64,000 nucleotides of DNA. Origin: Eledone cirrhosa (lineage: Eukaryota). The stretch lies in contig OZ024766.1 of the NCBI GenBank assembly GCA_964016885.1, positions 9,300,001 through 9,364,000 on the forward strand. The letters run 5' to 3'. The translations under genes were made by a program, and so were the position numbers. Below, piece after piece: positions 54,906 to 64,000 of the stretch; position 1 is the first letter of the stretch, and each line of letters begins with the position of its first letter. The notes beneath the pieces are model-generated. The model was not told the origin of the DNA. It saw only the letters and a program-made list of their open reading frames with translations, and made no database searches.

Positions 54906-55180
54906 TTGTTTCTACTTTAGGCACAAGGCCAGCAATTACTCAGTGCATTACTGGTACTTTATTTTATCGACCCCGTAAGGATGAAAGGCAAAGTCAACCT
55001 CGGCGGGATTTGAACTCAGATCGTAAAGGGACGTAACTATGCTGGAAAGCATGGCGTCCGACCCGCTACCGATACTGCCAATCCACCGCCTACAATAATA
55101 ATGATGACAACATCGGCAGGATTTGAACTCAGGACGCAAAGGGCCATAACTCTATGCTTAATAGCGATATAACAACTTAC

Positions 55181-55320
55181 CGAGATTTGCAACTTTGTTG
55201 TGGTTTAACCAAAGTGTGTGAAGTTGTGGCATGACTGGGAGTTTGATGTGTGATCGGATTAGATTGTGGTCAAGAATCAATGTCGAAAGGAGAGGAAAGT
55301 GGGACAGGAACCGCAGATCA
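55181..55320 (-). CDS. LRMDA: LRMDA-like leucine-rich repeat protein, internal exon (140 bp)
   Basis: Encodes [46 protein letters not shown] (two LxxLxLxxN repeats); gtaagt donor; resembles LRMDA/C10orf11 from recall (orthologue vs paralogue not established); acceptor is non-canonical. Confidence 0.85.
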
Positions 55321-55333
55321 ATAAGAGATATAG

Positions 55334-55343
55334 GTCAAGGAAA
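55334..55343 (-). promoter_or_regulatory. U12-type (minor spliceosome) branch point
   Basis: TTTCCTTGAC, branch A 14 nt from the inferred exon start; no AG or polypyrimidine-AG acceptor nearby. Confidence 0.7.
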
Positions 55344-56525
55344 TTGATTGGAAAAAAATGATTGCAAAACATATACAAGTGTATATTATAGGAAGATTTT
55401 CACTGTTATATACAGAAATTTAGTGTGTGTATATATGTGTGTGTGTGTGTGTGTGTGTATACATGTGTGTGTGTGGGTGGGTGTATATATATGTGTATAT
55501 ATATGTATATGTGTGTGTGAGTATATATATATATATGTGTGTGGGTGTGTATATATATATGTGTGTGTGTGTATATATGTGCATGCGTGTGTGTGTGTAT
55601 ATATGTGCATGTGTGTGTGTATATGTGTGTGTATATATGTGTGTGTATATATGCATGTGTGTGTATATATGTGTGTGTGTATGTATGTGAGTGTGTATAT
55701 ATGTGTGTATATATGTATATGTGTGTATATATATATGTGTGTGTATATATATGTGTGTGTATATATGTGTGTGTGTGTATATATGTGCATGTGTGTGTGT
55801 ATATATATGTGCATGTGTGTGTGTATATATGTGTGTGTGTGTATATATGTGTGTGTGTATATATGCATGTGTGTGTATATATGCATGTGTGTGTATATAT
55901 GTGTGTGTGTGTGTATATGTGCATGTGTGTGTATATGTGTGTGTATATATGTGTATGTGTGTATATATATGTGTGTGTGTATGTATGTGAGTGTGTATAT
56001 ATGTGTGTATATATGTATGTGTGTGTATATATGTATGTGTGTGTATATATATATATGTGTGTGTATATATGTGTGTGTGTGTATATATGCGCATGTGTGT
56101 GTGTATATATATGTGCATGTGTGTGTATATATATATGTGCGTGTGTGCATGTATATGTGTGTGTGTATATATATATATATATGAGCAAGACATAGTCATT
56201 ACCCACAACAGGACAACTCGTCCAACCCATGCTAGCGTGGAAGAATAGACATACAACGGTGACGATGATGATTTACAGTGAGTGCTGGGTGCTTTTTATG
56301 CCGTGGCACCTCCACGACCACTTTACAGTGGAATGATAGGGACCCCAGTCCCTATCATCTCATTTCTACAGCTGAGTAAACTGGAGCAATGTGAAATAAA
56401 GTGTCTTGCTCAAGGAAACAACACATCACCCGGTCTGAGAATTGAACTCACAACCTTTCGATTGCAAGGCCAATGCTCTAACCACTAAGCCATGTGCCTC
56501 CTGTATATATATATATACACAGCCT

Positions 56526-56617
<92 letters not shown>

Positions 56618-56625
56618 ATATATAT

Positions 56626-56657
<32 letters not shown>

Positions 56658-56681
56658 ATATATAATATATATATATATAAT

Positions 56682-56761
<80 letters not shown>

Positions 56762-56823
56762 TATATATATATAACATATATATATATATATATAATATAT
56801 AATATATATATATAATATATAAT

Positions 56824-56894
<71 letters not shown>

Positions 56895-57040
56895 ATACTT
56901 TGGGAGGGTCATGTTGCCAATAAGAAACACACGCACCAGTTGCTTTCACTTCAATTTATTATAATAAATTTATAAATTTAGGAATTTATAAATTTCTGGT
57001 TGGTTGGTTGGTTCCACAACCAGATAGTTGTTTATATATT

Positions 57041-57083
57041 GTCAAATTTCTTTCGTCACACATTCTGTGACCTCTTCAGTGAC
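57041..57083 (-). ncRNA. Minimal hammerhead motif
   Basis: gtca-CTGAAGA-g-gtcaca-gaatg-tgtgac-GAAA-gaaa-TT-tgac. Confidence 0.6.
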
Positions 57084-57319
57084 CCTCTTCAGTGACCCTC
57101 CCAAAGTATAACAATATCGGTTTCAACACACGATTTCAGATAAAGAATCTTGCTAAACAAATTCAGAAATGAAATATATATATATATATATATACTTACA
57201 CACACACACATATATATACGCACACCTACAGACACATATACACTTATAAACACAAGTACCTCTTATAATCACTTAATCCTTCATAACTGTGTCAACTTCT
57301 TCACACTCATGGTGTGGTG

Positions 57320-57380
<61 letters not shown>

Positions 57381-57514
57381 TATATTGTGTGTATATATAT
57401 ATATATATACACATGTGTGTGTGTATATATATATATATATATAGATATATTGTGTGTATGTATATATATAGAGATATATTGTGTGTATGTATATATATAG
57501 AGATATATTGTGTG

Positions 57515-57545
<31 letters not shown>

Positions 57546-58254
57546 GTGTGTGTGTGTGTGTGTAAACAAACATTTATATACAATTTATATACATACATAA
57601 ATGTAAATAAATACAAATATATAAACAAACATATATATATATATGTATGTATATATATACATATATGCACACACACGTATACATTTATATATATTATATA
57701 TATATATATATACACACATACACACACATATATATATCTATATAAATACACACACATATACATTTATATATATACATATACACACACATAAATATATATA
57801 TATATACATATATACACACACATACACATATATATATATATATATATATATATGTATACAAACATATGTATATATAAATTACACGAGTATATACATATAT
57901 ATATATATATATATGTAGGAGGTGAGTTTTATTCAGGCACAATAAAGCAATGTAAATATCGGATAAGTAGCACTCAACAGTTTGTAGGACTGGAGTATAA
58001 ATAATATAATATATATATATATATATATATGTGTGTGTATACACACACATACACACACGCAAATATATATATACACACACATATATTTATATGAACATAT
58101 ATATATATATATATATATACAAGTGGAGAGATGCTGTGCTGAATAGGACCCGTCCCACCCTTGCAAGCAGGGAAAAGGGGACATAAGATGATGATGATGA
58201 TGATGATACACATATATATATACACATATATGTACATATATGCGTATATATGTG

Positions 58255-58290
<36 letters not shown>

Positions 58291-58414
58291 TATTTATATA
58301 TATAAATATATTTATCTATATACACATATATGTATATATATGCGTATAAATATATATATATATATATAAATATATACACACATATATATATACACATATG
58401 TGTATATATATATA

Positions 58415-58462
<48 letters not shown>

Positions 58463-58481
58463 TATATATATACACATATGA

Positions 58482-58516
<35 letters not shown>

Positions 58517-58627
58517 CATATACACACATATATATATACACATATATATACACATGTGTATATATATATACATACATACACACATATATATATATACACA
58601 TATATATATATACACATATATATACAC

Positions 58628-58668
<41 letters not shown>

Positions 58669-58952
58669 CATACATACACACACATATATACACATATGTG
58701 TGTATATATATATATTATTATATATATATATATACATATATATGTATGTATGTATAATGTACTTACAGATGTAGACATGGGAGAGAAAGGGGTGGGTGGT
58801 GGGGTGGGGAAGGGGCGCTAATCTAGATAGAGCTGTTAATAATAGCCTCGTTGATGAGTGACACTGGATATAGGAGGGGGAGGGGTGGGGAGGAGGTAGG
58901 CAGGTGTGTACAGGTGAGATTATATAGACAAAGTATTGTGGTCATGAATATG

Positions 58953-58986
<34 letters not shown>

Positions 58987-59032
58987 CATCATCATCATCA
59001 TCATCATTTAAAGTCCATCTTCCACACTAGCA

Positions 59033-59069
<37 letters not shown>

Positions 59070-59094
59070 GCGTATATATGTATATATATATATG

Positions 59095-59133
<39 letters not shown>

Positions 59134-59166
59134 GAATGTGCGTATATATGTATATATATATATGTT

Positions 59167-59197
<31 letters not shown>

Positions 59198-59449
59198 CAT
59201 ATATACATATATATATTTATAAATAGACACACATCATCATCATCATCATTTTACGTCCGCTTTTCCCTGCTTGCAAGGGCGGGACGGGTCTTATTCAGCA
59301 CAGCATCTCTCCACTCGTCACTGTCCCTCGTCATCTCCACCGTGAGCTTCAATGATCTGAGGTCTGTTCTCACCACCTCCGCCCATGTTTATATATATGT
59401 ATATATATATATATACATATATATACATATGTATACATATACATAACAT

Positions 59450-62400
59450 CATCATCATTTTTACGGCTGCTTTTTCTTGCATGGGTTGGACAGGTCCTTC
59501 ACAGCACAGCATCTCTTCACAGGTCACAATCCTTCGTCATCACCTCAGTGAGTCTCAGTGATTTGAACTCAGCTCTCACCACCTCTACCCAGGTCTTCCT
59601 TTGTCTACCTCTACTGCAGTTTCCTTCCACTGGGATTTCCTGGCACTTCTTTATCCATTGATCATCATCCATGCACATCACATGTCAATACCAACACAGT
59701 CTTCTCTCCTACACACCACCTCAGACACCCCTTCAACCCAGCTTCTCTCTCAACACATCACATGTCAATACCAACACAGTCTTCTCTACTACACACCACC
59801 TCAGACACCCCTTCAACCCAGCTTCTCTCTCAACACATCACATGTCAATACCAACACAGTCTTCTCTACTACACACCACCTCAGACACCCCTTCAACCCA
59901 GCTTCTCTCTTAACACATCACATGTCAATACCAACACAGTCTTCTCTACTACACACCACCTCAGACACCCCTTCAACCCAGCTTCTCCCTCAACACAACA
60001 CATGTCAATACCAACACAGTCTTCTCTCCTACACACCACCTCAGACACCCCTTCAACCCAGCTTCTCCCTCAACACATCACATGTCAATACCAACACAGT
60101 CTTCCCTCCTACACACCACCTCAGACTCCCCTTCAACCCAGCTTCTCTCTCAACACATCACATGTCAATACCAACACAGTCTTCTCTCCTACACACCACC
60201 TCAGACTCCCCTTCAACCCAGCTTCTCCCTCAACACATCACATGTCAATACCAACACAGTCTTCTCTCCTACACACCACCTCAGACTCCCCTTCAACCCA
60301 GCTTCTCTCTCAACACATCACATGTCAATACCAACACAGTCTTCTCTCCTACACACCACCTCAGACACCCCTTCAACCCAGCTTCTCTCTCAACACATCA
60401 CATGTCAATACCAACACAGTCTTCTCTACTACACACCACCTCAGACACCCCTTCAACCCAGCTTCTCCCTCAACACATCACATGTCAATACCAACACAGT
60501 CTTCTCTACTACACACCACCTCAGACACCCCTTCAACCCAGCTTCTCCCTCAACACAACACATGTCAATACCAACACAGTCTTCTCTCCTACACACCACC
60601 TCAGACACCCCTTCAACCCAGCTTCTCCCTCAACACATCACATGTCAATACCAACACAGTCTTCCCTCCTACACACCACCTCAGACTCCCCTTCAACCCA
60701 GCTTCTCCCTCAACACATCACATGTCAATACCAACACAGTCTTCTCTCCTACACACCACCTCAGACACCCCTTCAACCCAGCTTCTCTCTCAACACATCA
60801 CATGTCAATACCAACACAGTCTTCTCTCCTACACACCACCTCAGACACCCCTTCAACCCAGCTTCTCTCTCAACACATCACATGTCAATACCAACACAGT
60901 CTTCTCTCCTACACACCACCTCAGACTCCCCTTCAACCCAGCTTCTCTCTCAACACATCACATGTCAATACCAACACAGTCTTCTCTCCTACACACCACC
61001 TCAGACACCCCTTCAACCCAGCTTCTCTCTCAACACATCACATGTCAATACCAACACAGTCTTCTCTCCTACACACCACCTCAGACTCCCCTTCAATCCA
61101 GCTTCTCTCTCAACACATCACATGTCAATACCAACACAGTCTTCTCTCCTACACACCACCTCAGACACCCCTTCAACCCAGCTTCTCTCTCAACACATCA
61201 CATGTCAATACCAACACAGTCTTCTCTCCTACACACCACCTCAGACACCCCTTCAACCCAGCTTCTCCCTCAACACATCACATGTCAATACCAACACAGT
61301 CTTCTCTCCTACACACCACCTCAGACACCCCTTCAACCCAGCTTCTCCCTCAACACATCACATGTCAATACCAACACAGTCTTCTCTCCTACACACCACC
61401 TCAGACACCCCTTCAACCCAGCTTCTCCCTCAACACATCACATGTCAATACCAACACAGTCTTCTCTCCTACACACCACCTCAGACACCCCTTCAACCCA
61501 GCTTCTCTCTCAACACATCACATGTCAATACCAACACAGTCTTCTCTCCTACACACCACCTCAGACTCCCCTTCAACCCAGCTTCTCCCTCAACACATCA
61601 CATGTCAATACCAACAGTCTTCTCTCCTACACACCACCTCAGACACCCCTTCAACCCAGCTTCTCTCTCAACACATCACATGTCAATACCAACACAGTCT
61701 TCTCTCCTACACACCACCTCAGACTCACCTTCAATCCAGCTTCTCTCTCAACACATCACATGTCAATACCAACACAGTCTTCTCTCCTACACACCACCTC
61801 AGACACCCCTTCAACCCAGCTTCTCTCTCAACACATCACATGTCAATACCAACACAGTCTTCTCTCCTACACACCACCTCAGACACCCCTTCAACCCAGC
61901 TTCTCTCTCAACACATCACATGTCAATACCAACACAGTCTTCTCTCCTACACACCACCTCAGACACCCCTTCAACCCAGCTTCTCCCTCAACACATCACA
62001 TGTCAATACCAACACAGTCTTCTCTCCTACACACCACCTCAGACACCCCTTCAACCCAGCTTCTCCCTCAACACATCACATGTCAATACCAACACAGTCT
62101 TCTCTCCTACACACCACCTCAGACACCCCTTCAACCCAGCTTCTCCCTCAACACATCACATGTCAATACCAACACAGTCTTCTCTCCTACACACCACCTC
62201 AGACACCCCTTCAACCCAGCTTCTCTCTCAACACATCACATGTCAATACCAACACAGTCTTCTCTCCTACACACCACCTCAGACTCCCCTTCAACCCAGC
62301 TTCTCTCTCAACACATTACATGTCAATACCAACACAGTCTTCTCTCCTACACACCACCTCAGACACCCCTTCAACCCAGCTTCTCCCTCAACACATCACA

Positions 62401-64000
62401 TGTCGATACCAACACAGTCTTCTCTCCTACACACCACCTCAGACACCCCTTCAACCCAGCTTCTCTCTCAACACATCACATGTCGATACCAACACAGTCT
62501 TCTCTCCTACACACCATCTCAGACACCCCTTCAACCCAGCTTCTCTCTCAACACATCACATGTCGATACCAACACAGTCTTCTCTCCTACGCACCACCTC
62601 AGACACCCCTTCAACCCAGCTTCTCTCTCAACACATCACATGTCGATACCAACACAGTCTTCTCTCCTACACACCATCTCAGACTCCCCTTCAACCCAGC
62701 TTCTCCCTCAACACATCACATGTCAATACCAACACAGTCTTCTCTCCTACACACCACCTCAGACACCCCTTCAACCCAGCTTCTCCCTCAACACATCACA
62801 TGTCAATACCAACACAGTCTTCTCTCCTACACACCACCTCAGACACCCCTTCAACCCAGCTTCTCCCTCAACACATCACATGTCAATACCAACACAGTCT
62901 TCTCTCCTACACACCACCTCAGACTCCCCTTCAACCCAGCTTCTCCCTCAACACATCACATGTCAATACCAACAGTCTTCTCTCCTACACACCACCTCAG
63001 ACACCCCTTCAACCCAGCTTCTCTCTCAACACATCACATGTCAATACCAACACAGTCTTCTCTCCTACACACCACCTCAGACTCCCCTTCAACCCAGCTT
63101 CTCTCTCAACACATCACATGTCAATACCAACACAGTCTTCTCTCCTACACACCACCTCAGACACCCCTTCAACCCAGCTTCTCCCTCAACACATCACATG
63201 TCAATACCAACACAGTCTTCTCTCCTACACACCACCTCAGACTCCCCTTCAACCCAGCTTCTCCCTCAACACATCACATGTCAATACCAACACAGTCTTC
63301 TCTCCTACACACCACCTCAGACACCCCTTCAACCCAGCTTCTCCCTCAACACATCACATGTCAATACCAACACAGTCTTCTCTCCTACACACCACCTCAG
63401 ACACCCCTTCAACCCAGCTTCTCTCTCAACACATCACATGTCAATACCAACACAGTCTTCTCTCCTACACACCACCTCAGACTCCCCTTCAACCCAGCTT
63501 CTCTCTCAACACATCACATGTCAATACCAACACAGTCTTCTCTCCTACACACCACCCCAGACTCCCCTTCAACCCAGCTTCTCTCTCAACACATCACATG
63601 TCAATACCAACAGTCTTCTCTCCTACACACCACCTCAGACACCCCTTCAACCCAGCTTCTCTCTCAACACAACACATGTCGATACCAACACAGTCTTCTC
63701 TCCTACACACCACCTCAGACTCCCCTTCAACCCAGCTTCTCTCTCAACACATCACATGTCAATACCAACACAGTCTTCTCTCCTACACACCACCTCAGAC
63801 TCCCCTTCAACCCAGCTTCTCTCTCAACACATCACATGTCAATACCAACACAGTCTTCTCTCCTACACACCACCTCAGACACCCCTTCAACCCAGCTTCT
63901 CTCTCAACACATCACATGTCAATACCAACACAGTCTTCTCTCCTACACACCACCTCAGACACCCCTTCAACCCAGCTTCTCTCTCAACACAACACATGTC
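59450..64000 (-). repeat. RTE LINE 3' end followed by a 60 bp satellite (>70 copies) made from its own sequence; runs off the window
   Basis: Unit catcacatgtcaataccaacacagtcttctctcctacacaccacctcagacaccccttcaacccagcttctctctcaaca-type; reverse complement matches RTE 5545-5625 (VLREKL..ERRLxWYxHV). Confidence 0.9.

Overview
Repeat-rich, AT-rich animal genomic DNA; the SINE/LINE content and (TA)n load suggest a cephalopod (Octopus-like), which is an inference. Two convergent, partial spliced genes are readable: three EGF-like exons on the + strand (2.2-5.3 kb) and an LRMDA-like leucine-rich-repeat gene on the - strand (exons at 55.2, 52.8 and 48.2 kb, with up to three candidate terminal exons). 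The rest is microsatellite, tRNA-derived SINEs, 3' LINE fragments (RTE, CR1-like, L1/Tx1-like, R4/Dong-like) and tandem arrays, several built from LINE tails. The main unexpected signal is about 20 type I hammerhead-ribozyme motifs, from roughly ten different sequence families, in short non-coding (TA)n-flanked modules that are often inverted pairs. They show recurrent core variants (U.U at 10.1/11.1, CAGAAGA). Also notable are a probable U12-type acceptor ending in AT and two tandem arrays made of duplicated 3' splice sites. All structures were paired by eye; no folding or database search was run. Nearly all long ORFs in the supplied track are repeat artefacts.
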